Below, one piece after another: positions 1-10,374 of a DNA stretch of 32,000 nt; position 1 is the first letter of the stretch; each line of letters starts with the position of its first letter. The DNA comes from Nitrososphaeraceae archaeon (GTDB taxonomy: Archaea; Thermoproteota; Nitrososphaeria; Nitrososphaerales; Nitrososphaeraceae). Under the pieces are notes generated by a model, which was given only the letters and a program-made list of their open reading frames with translations, was not told the DNA's origin and did no database searches. A program made the translations under genes and the position numbers. Where the stretch lies: assembly GCA_035250975.1 (NCBI GenBank), contig DATFEP010000064.1, positions 63,811-95,810 of the forward strand. Direction: 5' to 3'.

Positions 1-188
1 GTTCACCTTTTTGATTCCCAATTTTCATTTTAACATATTTGTTTTAGAAAATTGTGTTGCGACATTTTATTATTTAATTTACGTTAGTTATCTTATTAAA
101 TTCTAAAAATCGATCATCTTAAATCTTGTTAACAAAAAATTATCTTTTTACAAAGAAATTTGAAAGAGTTCTAAATACTATAACTATA

Positions 189-1244
189 ATGGAAAAAAAG
201 AGAATAAGTCTAGCACACGGAGCAGGTGGTGTGCTTATGAATAACCTGATTAAAAACCAAATCTTGAAATACTTTAGTTTAAACCATCATGAAGTTTCCT
301 TAAATGCTCTAGACGATGCGGGTATAACTGAAGGCATTGTTTTTACTACAGATTCTTATACAGTAAAACCGCTTTTTTTTCCTGGAGGTAATATAGGTGT
401 AATGTCTGTTGCGGGAACCGTAAACGATATTGCAGTAATGGGTGGAAAACCCTTAGTGCTATCATGTAGTATGATAATTGAAGAAGGCTTCTCAATTGAG
501 GAGTTAGACCTAATTATAAAAAGCATTCAAGAAACATGCATTCAAGCTGACGTGGATATAATTACAGGAGACACCAAAGTTCTAGAAAGAAATGCGTTGG
601 ACAAACTAATTATTAATACTTCTGCTGTTGGTAAAAAAAGTCAATACTTAGAAAAAAATCTAAAGATTGTAAAAAGATACAACCCCAACTTTAATTCTGA
701 TTGGTTACTTGATTCAAATATTGAGAAGGGGCACAAAATAATAATTTCAGGAACACTAGGTGATCATGGGGTTGCGATAATGTCTGCAAGAAATGAATAT
801 GGTTTGGAGAGTCAAGTAGAATCAGATGTTGCACCATTAAATAATTTGATTCAAAAAGGGCTTGATGTCGGAGGCGTAGTAAGCATAAAGGATCCCACGC
901 GTGGAGGACTTGCAAATCTTCTAAATGAATGGTCTGAGAAATCAAAAACTGGTTTTATAATTCTTGAAAAAGATATTCCCGTTAAAGAAAGCGTGAGAAG
1001 TGCATTAGGATTTCTTGGACTTGATGTATTAGAAATAGGAAATGAAGGAAAAATTTGCCTAGCGGTAATACCGGAAAAAGCAGAAGAAATACTAGGTATC
1101 TTGAGAGAAACACCAGAAGGTAAGGATGCGATGATAATTGGAGAGGCAACAGACGAATTTGATTTACCTATCCTGGAAACTCAGATAGGCGGTAGAAGAA
1201 TCCTTGCAAAACCTGCAGCAGATCCTATTCCCAGAATATGCTAG
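189..1244 (+). CDS. hypE: Hydrogenase expression/formation protein HypE
   Basis: ORF 126..1244; likely real start at ATG 189 (MEKKRISLAHGAGG...). Typical HypE features: N-terminal HGAGG, AGTVNDIAVMGGKP, DPTRGGLA, and the C-terminal PRIC tail whose Cys carries the carbamoyl/cyano group. Confidence 0.95.
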   Translation: MEKKRISLAHGAGGVLMNNLIKNQILKYFSLNHHEVSLNALDDAGITEGIVFTTDSYTVKPLFFPGGNIGVMSVAGTVNDIAVMGGKPLVLSCSMIIEEGFSIEELDLIIKSIQETCIQADVDIITGDTKVLERNALDKLIINTSAVGKKSQYLEKNLKIVKRYNPNFNSDWLLDSNIEKGHKIIISGTLGDHGVAIMSARNEYGLESQVESDVAPLNNLIQKGLDVGGVVSIKDPTRGGLANLLNEWSEKSKTGFIILEKDIPVKESVRSALGFLGLDVLEIGNEGKICLAVIPEKAEEILGILRETPEGKDAMIIGEATDEFDLPILETQIGGRRILAKPAADPIPRIC

Positions 1245-1523
1245 GTGATATCGTTGTTTAGAGGAGTAGAAGATCGTGTCAACAAAAAATTAATTTGTAA
1301 AGTTTGCGGATATATTGAATATAATTTTCCAAAACATCACGAAATGCCTATGAGATGGATTACAACCGGTAGTTTTAATAAAGAAGAACTTTTGAAATGT
1401 CAAAAATGTGACTATACAATACCGATCTTAATACATTGTAATGTGTCAATGTTTTATTCTGAAGGGGATTATCTTGATTTACCTGAATTTACAAAAAAAG
1501 ATTATCAGGATATAGACAAATAA
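1245..1523 (+). CDS. Small protein with two CxxC motifs (zinc-ribbon-like), unknown function
   Basis: GTG-start ORF abutting the hypE stop codon; CKVC...CQKC pairs in the translation. Confidence 0.65.
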   Translation: MISLFRGVEDRVNKKLICKVCGYIEYNFPKHHEMPMRWITTGSFNKEELLKCQKCDYTIPILIHCNVSMFYSEGDYLDLPEFTKKDYQDIDK

Positions 1524-1524
1524 A

Positions 1525-1899
1525 GTGATTATGTTGTCATTTTTCTGGCATTTAAAATTTGCTATTTTTATGTTTGAGATCGCTAAATCTGAATTGAATA
1601 AAAATAATTATGTAGTAGCTAATGCTGTCATTAAAACTTTTACAGAGATAATAGATGCCTATTTATCGAAGGCGAATAATCTTATTGATGAAGCAAGTTT
1701 AGAGGGATGGAAAGAAAGAATCCATTGGATGAGTGAAAATAATCATGAATTATTAAATGAATGGAAAATGGTGAATTCTCTTTGTTTTGAGATGATGAAT
1801 CAGGGAAAATACTACAACAACGTTGCAATAAAATTAATAGAAATAGTTCAAAATAGACTAAATAAGATTGGATCAGATGATTACGGGGATTACTTTTAA
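1525..1899 (+). CDS. Hypothetical protein, predicted alpha-helical
   Basis: ORF starting 2 nt after the previous stop codon; charged helical composition; start may be internal (MFEIAKSELNKNN...). Confidence 0.6.
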   Translation: MIMLSFFWHLKFAIFMFEIAKSELNKNNYVVANAVIKTFTEIIDAYLSKANNLIDEASLEGWKERIHWMSENNHELLNEWKMVNSLCFEMMNQGKYYNNVAIKLIEIVQNRLNKIGSDDYGDYF

Positions 1900-1909
1900 T
1901 TTGATTGAT

Positions 1910-2563
1910 CTAATTCGTCAACTTTTTAACCACTAGGCATTTTGCCCACTCTTCGCATAAATCAACTACAAATTTTGCTTCATGAATGCATCTGCCCACA
2001 CCTATAACTCCATGGTTCAATAATATTATTAATCCAAACGGAACTACACAATCAAATTTACTTGCCTTACCCACGAGATTTCCTAATCCCTTAGACCCGA
2101 GTTGTTTGTACTCAACTATCAAGGGTTTATCATGTAATACTTTTGGAAAAGCGATGGATGGTGTTCCTGCTAATGTCCATATACCTTCATTGTCTATATT
2201 TACTAGTTTAGAAGACAGAAAATATCCTGAGGTATAGGGATTATGAACGTGACATACTGCATTAATATCTGATCTGTTTTTATATATTTCAGTGTGAAAA
2301 GGAACTTCGATAGTTGGTTTAAGGTTTCCCTTCAAAACATTTCCATCCAAGTCGATTAACAATAGATCGTCTGAAGTTATATGTGATCTTGGATATCCAG
2401 ATGGAGTGATCCAAATTTGATTATCTAATTTTGAACGAAAACTATGGTTTCCACCACCAACCGAAACCAACCCATGGGAAAAAAAATACTTTATAGCAGA
2501 TATTAATTCATTTTTAAACATATGTTCGTCATATACTTTACAAATATCACAAAACATCTTCAT
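1910..2563 (-). CDS. Class II aldolase/adducin family protein (fuculose-phosphate-aldolase-like)
   Basis: SVGGGNHSFR, TIEVPFHTEIYK, HVHNPYTSGY and LLNHGVIGVG motifs: two-His Zn motif plus third His. Confidence 0.85.
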   Translation of the reverse strand: MKMFCDICKVYDEHMFKNELISAIKYFFSHGLVSVGGGNHSFRSKLDNQIWITPSGYPRSHITSDDLLLIDLDGNVLKGNLKPTIEVPFHTEIYKNRSDINAVCHVHNPYTSGYFLSSKLVNIDNEGIWTLAGTPSIAFPKVLHDKPLIVEYKQLGSKGLGNLVGKASKFDCVVPFGLIILLNHGVIGVGRCIHEAKFVVDLCEEWAKCLVVKKLTN

Positions 2564-3107
2564 TTGTGTGTACCATTCATTTAATTTTAACTTAATTGTT
2601 AGGAAAGATAGCTGTTTCCCAAAATTAAATGATAATATCTTTTGAAATGCCGTTATCTTATAAATATTAGAGTAGTATATGAAAAATTAGAGGGACTGAT
2701 AATTTTTACATTATCTAACTATGTAGAGGTGAACATCATAATTATTGGATACACGAAGTATGTTTGATTATGTGATTTGTTTTATCCTGATTAAATAATA
2801 TGATCTTAATGATCGGTTTGCTGAAACCAACCGTATAGAATCTTTTTTGTTTTTTTGAAATTGTTTTGCATCTCCTTAACTGTTTTTATTTAACTCGTCA
2901 AGTTGGTATAATAGTTTTCTATGTTATATATCAAGTATTTTTTTCATCATAGGTCTGTACTCCTGCATTACGATATAGAAATCATGAAATTAACATTAGA
3001 TGAAAATAACAAGATAATTATTACCAAACTAGAAGTTTAGAAAAATATTTAAAAATAAAGAAAAAAATTTAGGATGAGCTAGATGAAAATATACTTTGTT
3101 TATTTAG

Positions 3108-3536
3108 TTAGGGGAATAGATGTAAATGTATACCTTCTAGATTGAAAAGTGATCCGCTGCCTTGTAACTTAAGATTTACTTCACTATTTTCTTTCCATCC
3201 TGCTTTTACTAATGCAGAACCAGCTAAATCTCCTCCACCTCCTACTAATGTAAGATTTTGGTTAACTGTGTTAGATGAATTACTTTTAATTTTAACCAAT
3301 AATTCTTTATCATTTACTATATCAATTCCTGAAATTTGTATTCCCTTAACTGAACTCATCAGATGATAAGTGGATTTAGAATAATGTGGAGGCATCGTCT
3401 TCATCATTTTTCCCATGTCCATTGCTTTCATTTGGTGACCAGTTTGCATTGCTTTGGAATCATTCTTAATCATATCTTTCCCAGTCATTTCCATCATCAT
3501 TACATTCTTTTTTACCATAAACATCCGGATATGCAA
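3108..3536 (-). CDS. Hypothetical protein with Met/His-rich N-terminus
   Basis: 142-aa ORF; N-terminus MHIRMFMVKKNVMMMEM...MQTGHQMKAMDMGKMMKTMPPHY followed by a beta-rich domain. Confidence 0.55.
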   Translation of the reverse strand: MHIRMFMVKKNVMMMEMTGKDMIKNDSKAMQTGHQMKAMDMGKMMKTMPPHYSKSTYHLMSSVKGIQISGIDIVNDKELLVKIKSNSSNTVNQNLTLVGGGGDLAGSALVKAGWKENSEVNLKLQGSGSLFNLEGIHLHLFP

Positions 3537-3675
3537 AGATGGTTTATACCATCGATAGAAACCAATATCTCTCTAGACTTATATTTAAAATGAATTCATC
3601 TTATTGTACTTTCTCAGTGTAATTGAATACCGTAATTAGTACATTTACTCTTAATTAGTTATTTTAACCTATAGC

Positions 3676-4746
3676 TTGTGTAATTCAAAACTACGAGGCA
3701 TTGAAATGATTAATAATAAAAATAAAATAAATCAAATTTTTATTTCATCTATCGTTGTTTTGATTGTGTTGATATCGACATTTTATATTTTTACTATCTT
3801 GCTTTCGTGGAATAGTTATAATATAGACGTTTTTGGTATCGAAAACAAATCTGATAAAAATAAGGAAAATAAAACATTAGAACAGCATGCAACTATTGCT
3901 TTTGGAGAATACAACTTTATTGCGGTAGGTGACTATTACTGTAACAAAGAAACAGAAAAAACTATACAAAAAATACTATCAATAAATCCAGAAGTGGTTA
4001 TCACAACAGGAGACCATGTAAAAAAAGTAAAATCTGCAGATTGTTGGAAAAAAATGTCTCAGCCACTTAAAGATAAAATGAGAATAGCAATTGGTAATCA
4101 TGATGCAGAATATTCTAACATCTATAAAGAGATTATAGATTATCATAATATAAAAAGTCCTTTTTATTCACATGACTTTGAAAATATCCATTTCATAAGC
4201 ATGTCCACAGAGCATGCTTTTGAAGAAGGAAGCAAACAATATGAATTTGTTAAGAGTGATCTAGAGAAAACATCAAAGAATCCAAATATCGACTGGCTAA
4301 TAATCCATCAACATAAATCACTGTATTCTACAAAACAGGACAAAGATTTGGCGAAAGAGCTAAGGCAAACGTATCATAAACTCTTTCAAGAATATGGTGT
4401 AGACATGGTAATTTCAGGTCATAATCAGTATTATGAAAGAACATATCCAATTCTATATAATGCCAATGAAGAATTAATAAATAATAAATCAGGTAGTCCA
4501 AAACCGATAGTCGCAGTAAATGACAAAGCTGAATATCCACCAACTAATGGCATAATATTTTTAACTGTAGGAACAGGTGGAGATAAACTAGATAAAGTCA
4601 AGGAAAATCATGGTTATTACGTAATTCAGGAAAGTGAGTATGGTTTCTTAAATGTTAAAATAGAAAATAACGGTAAGAAACTTGTAGGAGAATTTTACAC
4701 AAATAAAGGAGATGTTATAGACAGTTTTATATTAAATAAAATATAA
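3676..4746 (+). CDS. Membrane-anchored metallophosphoesterase
   Basis: N-terminal TM segment, then GDYYC, TTGDHV, IGNHDAEY, IIHQHKS, ISGHNQYYER: calcineurin-like phosphoesterase motifs. Confidence 0.88.
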   Translation: MCNSKLRGIEMINNKNKINQIFISSIVVLIVLISTFYIFTILLSWNSYNIDVFGIENKSDKNKENKTLEQHATIAFGEYNFIAVGDYYCNKETEKTIQKILSINPEVVITTGDHVKKVKSADCWKKMSQPLKDKMRIAIGNHDAEYSNIYKEIIDYHNIKSPFYSHDFENIHFISMSTEHAFEEGSKQYEFVKSDLEKTSKNPNIDWLIIHQHKSLYSTKQDKDLAKELRQTYHKLFQEYGVDMVISGHNQYYERTYPILYNANEELINNKSGSPKPIVAVNDKAEYPPTNGIIFLTVGTGGDKLDKVKENHGYYVIQESEYGFLNVKIENNGKKLVGEFYTNKGDVIDSFILNKI

Positions 4747-4972
4747 ATAGATTTATTAGATGACGATGATTTTTGGAAGAACTATAAAACTATGTCTTAA
4801 AATCAATCTAATTCTATACATTTTATTGGAACATATAATGAAAATACTAAAGATGAAAATTTTTTTATATTAATTCCTAATCTATGGTAAACCCTTTTGC
4901 ACTTTGATTTTATAATATTTTAGATTACCGATCTTAATTTCAATACAAAAAAGATCAGATGAAAATTTTTGA

Positions 4973-5896
4973 TTATCTTGCCGCTAATGAATTGACTTTA
5001 TCCAGATCTTTTATTATTCTCTTTTCACATTCTGTCCCCTCTGGCGGTTTTAATCCTTCTCCTGATACACATGCATGAAATCTTTCTCCAGGTTGTATTT
5101 TTCCTATATCTGTGTCTCTGTCAAAAGCAAATACTCTTTCTATTGTATAACCCCCAATTTTATCAAATTCTTTTTGAACGTCAACCACTTCAGATTGAAT
5201 CTGACCTTTTAGCATTGCCATCACCTTGATTTTTTTCGTGTCTTTTTTATCTTCTAACGGTACAATTACCTTTACTTTTACCTTCTGTTGATTAGCTAGA
5301 TTGATATCCGCATTAGGACTAGCAGTAGCATTTGATCCTATAATACCATTACTTAATGAAGAAAACGCCGTTATCTTGTTTTTTCCATATAAATTATAGT
5401 AGTCTATACTTTTTTGGTATACTTGCGATAATGGTTTGAACAGACTAGCCTTGGTAGGTCCAGTAGTAGATTTTATATCTCCTTCATTGCAATCAAAATG
5501 ATGTATTGAATCCTCTTTATTTTTAATATGATATGCACAAACAAAAAATTCATCTGGTGATTTAGCATTAACTATCTCATTCTCTCTATCAGCTATAAAT
5601 TTAACTGACAATTTCTGGGTTGAGTTACTTATATTTGATAAAGGAATATCCTTGGAAAATTCTTGTGCGTTTATAAAACCAACCACTCTAAGAAATCCTG
5701 TTTTTTCTATATTCTGTAAATTAATATTTGATATTACAATCAAATCATCATCATTAGTAGATTTTTTATCTTTACTTTGAATATCAATTGTATTTACTGC
5801 TGCTAACGCTGATACAATTACGACAGTTGTTATAAAAAAGCTTGTTAAGAGCAGTGTAATGGATATAATAATAAGTGATGTAACATGAAAGCACAA
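4973..5896 (-). CDS. Secreted/membrane-anchored hypothetical protein
   Basis: 307-aa ORF with N-terminal hydrophobic segment; no recognised catalytic motif. Confidence 0.75.
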   Translation of the reverse strand: MCFHVTSLIIISITLLLTSFFITTVVIVSALAAVNTIDIQSKDKKSTNDDDLIVISNINLQNIEKTGFLRVVGFINAQEFSKDIPLSNISNSTQKLSVKFIADRENEIVNAKSPDEFFVCAYHIKNKEDSIHHFDCNEGDIKSTTGPTKASLFKPLSQVYQKSIDYYNLYGKNKITAFSSLSNGIIGSNATASPNADINLANQQKVKVKVIVPLEDKKDTKKIKVMAMLKGQIQSEVVDVQKEFDKIGGYTIERVFAFDRDTDIGKIQPGERFHACVSGEGLKPPEGTECEKRIIKDLDKVNSLAAR

Positions 5897-6261
5897 TGCA
5901 TATCAAGTTAATATAAGATTGTAAAAAAGAATCTATTAAAATATAATTGATGAATGGTCCTATTTCCTTTTTGCAGACATAACAAGCTTTAGCCATTATT
6001 AAAAATAAATCATGTTGATAATTAACAATATTGACTCAAATGAAATACTTACGATTTCAAATTCTACCTTAACATCATTTTCTATTCTTCTAATAGTGAA
6101 TAATTCAGAATGATAGAATATTAGAACATTAGATAATGTTCCTTTTAACCTTAGATATATTAAAATCTAAAGATCATTTTTTACTAATTATCTTACTATA
6201 GTAGATTCAGAATGTTAAAGGATCAAGAGAGATGAGATACGAACAACCCGAAAGAGAATTA

Positions 6262-6657
6262 TTAATTTATAAATTTCTCTCTTTCCTTTTGAATTAAAGG
6301 AATAATTTTTTTCATTATTATTTCATCATAATTACTTTCCTCAAAATCTATAGTCAAAAATAGATAATAATTTTCATTGATTGGGATTATAGATCTACCA
6401 AACTTTTCATATTTTCCAAACGCATATGTTAATTTTCCTATTTTTGGTTCAAATTTTAACCTTGATTTATGTCTAATTATGGCATTAGCTGCAGATTCAT
6501 GCATCTCTTCTTTAGCGAGGAATGGTTTTAATCCTTCTCTATATCGTTCATTTATAATATCACCGTTTTCATTGATTATACTAACCCATCTTATAGACTG
6601 ATTACAAGTGATTATATTTTCAATAAAAATAGAATGAAATTCATTATTTAATACCAT
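6262..6657 (-). CDS. Hypothetical protein, small cytosolic sensor-like domain (possibly DUF6659-like)
   Basis: 131-aa ORF of a style seen in Nitrososphaeria (SIRWVSIINENGDIINERYREG...YYLFLTIDF); family assignment from memory only. Confidence 0.6.
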   Translation of the reverse strand: MVLNNEFHSIFIENIITCNQSIRWVSIINENGDIINERYREGLKPFLAKEEMHESAANAIIRHKSRLKFEPKIGKLTYAFGKYEKFGRSIIPINENYYLFLTIDFEESNYDEIIMKKIIPLIQKEREKFIN

Positions 6658-7859
6658 TTATTCATTAGGTAATTTTTTTATTCGTAATAAAAAAGTTATG
6701 TATGAGTATTATCATGAATAAAAAATTCTTTCACGATTAATTAACCTATTACTCTAGCGATATTACTAATACCAGCAATAACATGAGTCGCAGAAGATTT
6801 TTGTCTTGCTTGTTTGATTGGTTAGTGTATTGAATTTGCTTCTTTTTTTAGATGTCCAAGAACAAGGATTATTCTGCATTAAGTAAATAAATAAATGAAT
6901 TACATGAAATGTTCTGGATATTTTTTCTTTTCTTCGTCTATCTTTTTATTTATTTACTACGGTTAAAACACTTATCGTTATTTTGTTAGTAAAAGTAATC
7001 CACCAAATGGGCGTGAAGATTCTCTATAAGTTAAGTTATATACTTCTTTTTTTCTCTCTGCATTAGATTTATTAAGGTTAGTGCCGCAAAAATACATTAT
7101 AGAGATTTTAGTGGTACCTGTAATATAGCATTACAGGTATTTAAGTGTTAGTATTAAGTGTTTAACAATAGAGAACTTTTTAGGATTTTATTCGAATTTT
7201 GACTATAAAAAAATAAAAAATACTTATACTATAAAACGAGAATTGCAACTATTATAGTTGTATTGTTTAATTTCTTTTATTTAGTTAATTAATTATTTAT
7301 TGATTATTAGTATATTATTTTTCCTTCATTATTTTGTTCATAGAGATCTACATCTGATTATAATCTTATGATAAGTACTGCTATAATTTCTACGAATCTA
7401 CAAGTACAACTTTCACTAATCATCTTATCGATTTTATTTGTGAAAAATTACCTATCACGAGAGTACCTTTAATATATAGCAAATAATGAATAGTTCTTCA
7501 AATATGTAGATTCTTATATAACAATGAAATACAAAAATAGGACACGGGATAAGGCTGAAAAACTTGTATACGAACGTTAGAAATTTTCAAACAATGTGGA
7601 AAAAATGGTTTCCAAGATTTAACATGGTATGTTAAGTCTTGTGTGTACTCCACTTATGAATGATAAAAATATTTAACATAAATTTATGTCAGCAATTTTA
7701 TTGATTCTTTCCCTGTTTTAACTTACTCTACTTCAGATTAATGGCCCGATTGTTTTTTTATTCTCCTTCGAATTCCGATTTATAAAGATTTGAGAATGAT
7801 ATTCATCTTACACTCTGGAAAATAATCCGATTAAATAATAAAGAGGCCTTTCTTTCTAT

Positions 7860-9035
7860 TTGGTTATATCCAAAATGGACTTAATGAGTAACTTAAAGAA
7901 TACAGCTGTGAATGAATTGTTAGAAAAGCCGATTCTTGCAGATGAAAAAGATTCTATTTCCACGATAATAAACACACTTATCGAAAATAATGCGTACGAT
8001 GTATTTGTAGGTTTTTCAGGAAAAATAGTTGGATACAATGTTCGTGATATAATAGGAGTTAGAGATATCGCTTCTTCAAAACTTTCTGCCATTGGAAAGA
8101 CGATCCCTATTTTATCTCCAACTAGTAAAATTTCCGAAGCAGCCAGAATATTGAGTTTGTATAGACGCAGGGCACTCCCAATAGTAGATAAACAAAATAT
8201 CATAGGTCAAATATCTGCAAGAAAAATTGTGCAGAAGATAGATGAATATATGAAAAATGAGAAAAATATGAAATTTCCGGCATCATCGATAATGTCAGGA
8301 AATCCAATTGTAATAAGCAGTAAGGATACAGTATCTTCTGCAAGGACAATTATGAGAAGGAGACGGATAGATCATTTGCCAGTAATCAATAATGAAAAGC
8401 TCTCTGGGATTATAACTTCAACGGATATCATGCAAACAATGTTGCCCTCAGAAAGGATAGGTAGAAAAACAATAGGAGTCGATGCGGGTAAGTCAAGATA
8501 TGATATGTCCATATCTGGAATAATTAATAAAGATGTAATAACAGCAGATATCACTGATAAACTTAGAACTGTGACAGATCTAATGACGAACATGAATTCT
8601 ACTTATTGCATTATGAAAGTCTCTGATGAAGTTCAAGGCATCATTACTTACAGCGACGTTATTTCCTTACTTCAAGAAGAAGAAAAGTTTGAAACTATTC
8701 CTATTTTTCTTATGGGACTGCCAGATGATCCTTTTGAGGCAGAGCTAGCAAAGTCAAAATTCAAAAATATAGTTCAATACATGAAAAAGATTTATCCAGA
8801 TATAGAACAAGCAAAATGTCGTATCAAAATGAGGGAGACTCCTTCTCCGAGAAAACGATATGAAGTTACGATAAACATTATGTCAACACATTCTACTTAC
8901 CACTACTCTGACATTGGTTGGGATCTTAAAAATATTTTTGATCAAATAAGTAATGCTATGAAGAAAAAAGTTGGGCAGAGAAGTAAACGGACACAAAGGA
9001 ATACTATGAGAAGAGTGGAGATTCCACAAGAGTAG
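7860..9035 (+). CDS. Protein with four CBS domains and a C-terminal basic domain
   Basis: Repeated CBS-type segments (PTSKISEAARILSLYRRRALPIVDKQNIIGQIS; SSKDTVSSARTIMRRRRIDHLPVINNEKLSGIIT; YCIMKVSDEVQGIITYSD), then about 110 aa ending KKKVGQRSKRTQRNTMRR. Confidence 0.9.
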   Translation: MVISKMDLMSNLKNTAVNELLEKPILADEKDSISTIINTLIENNAYDVFVGFSGKIVGYNVRDIIGVRDIASSKLSAIGKTIPILSPTSKISEAARILSLYRRRALPIVDKQNIIGQISARKIVQKIDEYMKNEKNMKFPASSIMSGNPIVISSKDTVSSARTIMRRRRIDHLPVINNEKLSGIITSTDIMQTMLPSERIGRKTIGVDAGKSRYDMSISGIINKDVITADITDKLRTVTDLMTNMNSTYCIMKVSDEVQGIITYSDVISLLQEEEKFETIPIFLMGLPDDPFEAELAKSKFKNIVQYMKKIYPDIEQAKCRIKMRETPSPRKRYEVTINIMSTHSTYHYSDIGWDLKNIFDQISNAMKKKVGQRSKRTQRNTMRRVEIPQE

Positions 9036-9345
9036 GTACACGCAGACTAGCAAGTTCTACATGAAAATTATGGAATGAGATTGATAGCAGAAAGAACACA
9101 GATTTGTACATGATGAAGCGTAAAATTATAAAATCGTCGTGGAGAATATTTTACTGACTACATGAGGATAGAAGTTGGGATTTTAAGAGCCTAAAACATA
9201 TCATTCCCTTGATAGTAAACGCATCAGAATGCAGGCTGTTTTGAGTGTACCAATACACCTTCCTAGGTATTTTCGAAATTCTTGGTCAAGTACAGGATTG
9301 AGCTTTAGATCTCATTAATTAAAGAGAATTTTCAAGATAAATATA

Positions 9346-9740
9346 TTATACAATGACTATTGATGGCATTTTTGATCATTCTTATCAATTTCATGTCGTA
9401 ATCCCTGAATTTCTGTTTTGTTAAATTGTTATGGGTATCTCCATGCATTCGTTTATCAATATTCTTTACGCACTACATTTCTAAATCAAGTCGGAAGAAT
9501 GTTGAGTTTTTCGTCAACTGTTTGCATGAATGCCTTGACATTTCAAGTACCTAACACAATTCCCATGCCTGTTGCAAATCCAGTGATAATTGTTGTCAGA
9601 AAGAATTTTTCAAAGGTGTTAGCTTTAGCAGGTGAAAATAAACTTTTATCCCTTCTTATCCTTCTTATAGTTGAACTTTTTTTTCTTTTCACTACACTTT
9701 TTATATTGTTTTTCAGAATATTTAATAGCTTTTTTTATTG
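9346..9740 (-). pseudogene. Possible decayed small gene with one membrane segment
   Basis: Manual reverse-strand translation gives protein-like pieces broken by stops and a frameshift: ...RRDKSLFSPAKANTFEKFFLTTIITGFATGMGIVLGT*NVKAFMQTVDEKLNILPT* and, in another frame, VKNIDKRMHGDTHNNLTKQKFRDYDMKLIRMIKNAINSHCI*. Confidence 0.3.
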
Positions 9741-10374
9741 TTTTTTTAAATTTTAAAAAGTACATGGATCACGGAATGTATCAAATTTATTTATTTAATG
9801 AATAAACATGACGACGTACAAAAATGTAAATATTAAATAATTTCGTCAATTTCTTACAGGTTTAAATGGAAAATACTGTAAATATTTAATAAACAGCAAT
9901 ATATAAAATTATTGTTGTCAGAAAATATTAAGACATTGGGTATAAGGTTAACTATAAGACATATGAAAATTTTCCAAGTTATAGACTAGAATCAGGGAAT
10001 AAAACAAATACAATATTAACATAACAAGAAAAAAAGAATAATAAAAATAACCAGGTCCTATATAAACTAATAATGGAACAAAACATTCGCTGGATAGAAA
10101 AATTTTGCATATTGCCTATTAAACACAGAAATAACTAAAAGGGTACATCAGAATATCCCACATTCCAGCATTACTTGTGAATCAAGACATAACAAGCAGA
10201 TACAGCTGTAACATTTAATAAAGAATGAAGGTTTATCAGATCGAATTTTACAAAATATCTATTATATTGAAAATATGGTCTATTCTTTTATTTTTGTTTA
10301 GGAGTTTGAAAGGAAAAAGATCTACATTATTAACCTCATTGTCAGATAGAATCTGAACAAGTAGAGAAGAGTAG

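Noticed and set aside
691-945. Minus-strand 84-aa ORF inside hypE
   Set aside because: Fully antisense to a confident hypE gene; low-quality composition.
1986-2237. Plus-strand 83-aa ORF antisense to the class II aldolase
   Set aside because: Shadow ORF; the minus-strand protein has clear family motifs.
2805-2835. Small hairpin GGTTTgctgAAACC
   Set aside because: A 5-bp stem is expected by chance in this AT-rich DNA; no gene context supports a regulator or terminator call.
3142-3593. Plus-strand ORFs 3142..3366 and 3363..3593
   Set aside because: Antisense to the 142-aa minus-strand ORF and lacking recognisable motifs, though that locus itself is only moderately supported.
4328-4543. Minus-strand ORF in the metallophosphoesterase
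   Set aside because: Antisense shadow of a well-supported enzyme gene.
7531-7630. Short plus-strand start MKYKNRTRDKAEKLVYER resembling the N-terminus of small archaeal winged-helix proteins
   Set aside because: Stops immediately and has no continuing wHTH sequence; too short to support even a remnant.
7856-8593. Minus-strand ORFs 7856..8203 and 8372..8593
   Set aside because: Antisense to the CBS-domain gene.
9418-9756. Plus-strand 112-aa ORF
   Set aside because: Ends in low-complexity F/L-rich sequence; the reverse strand is more protein-like (see findings).
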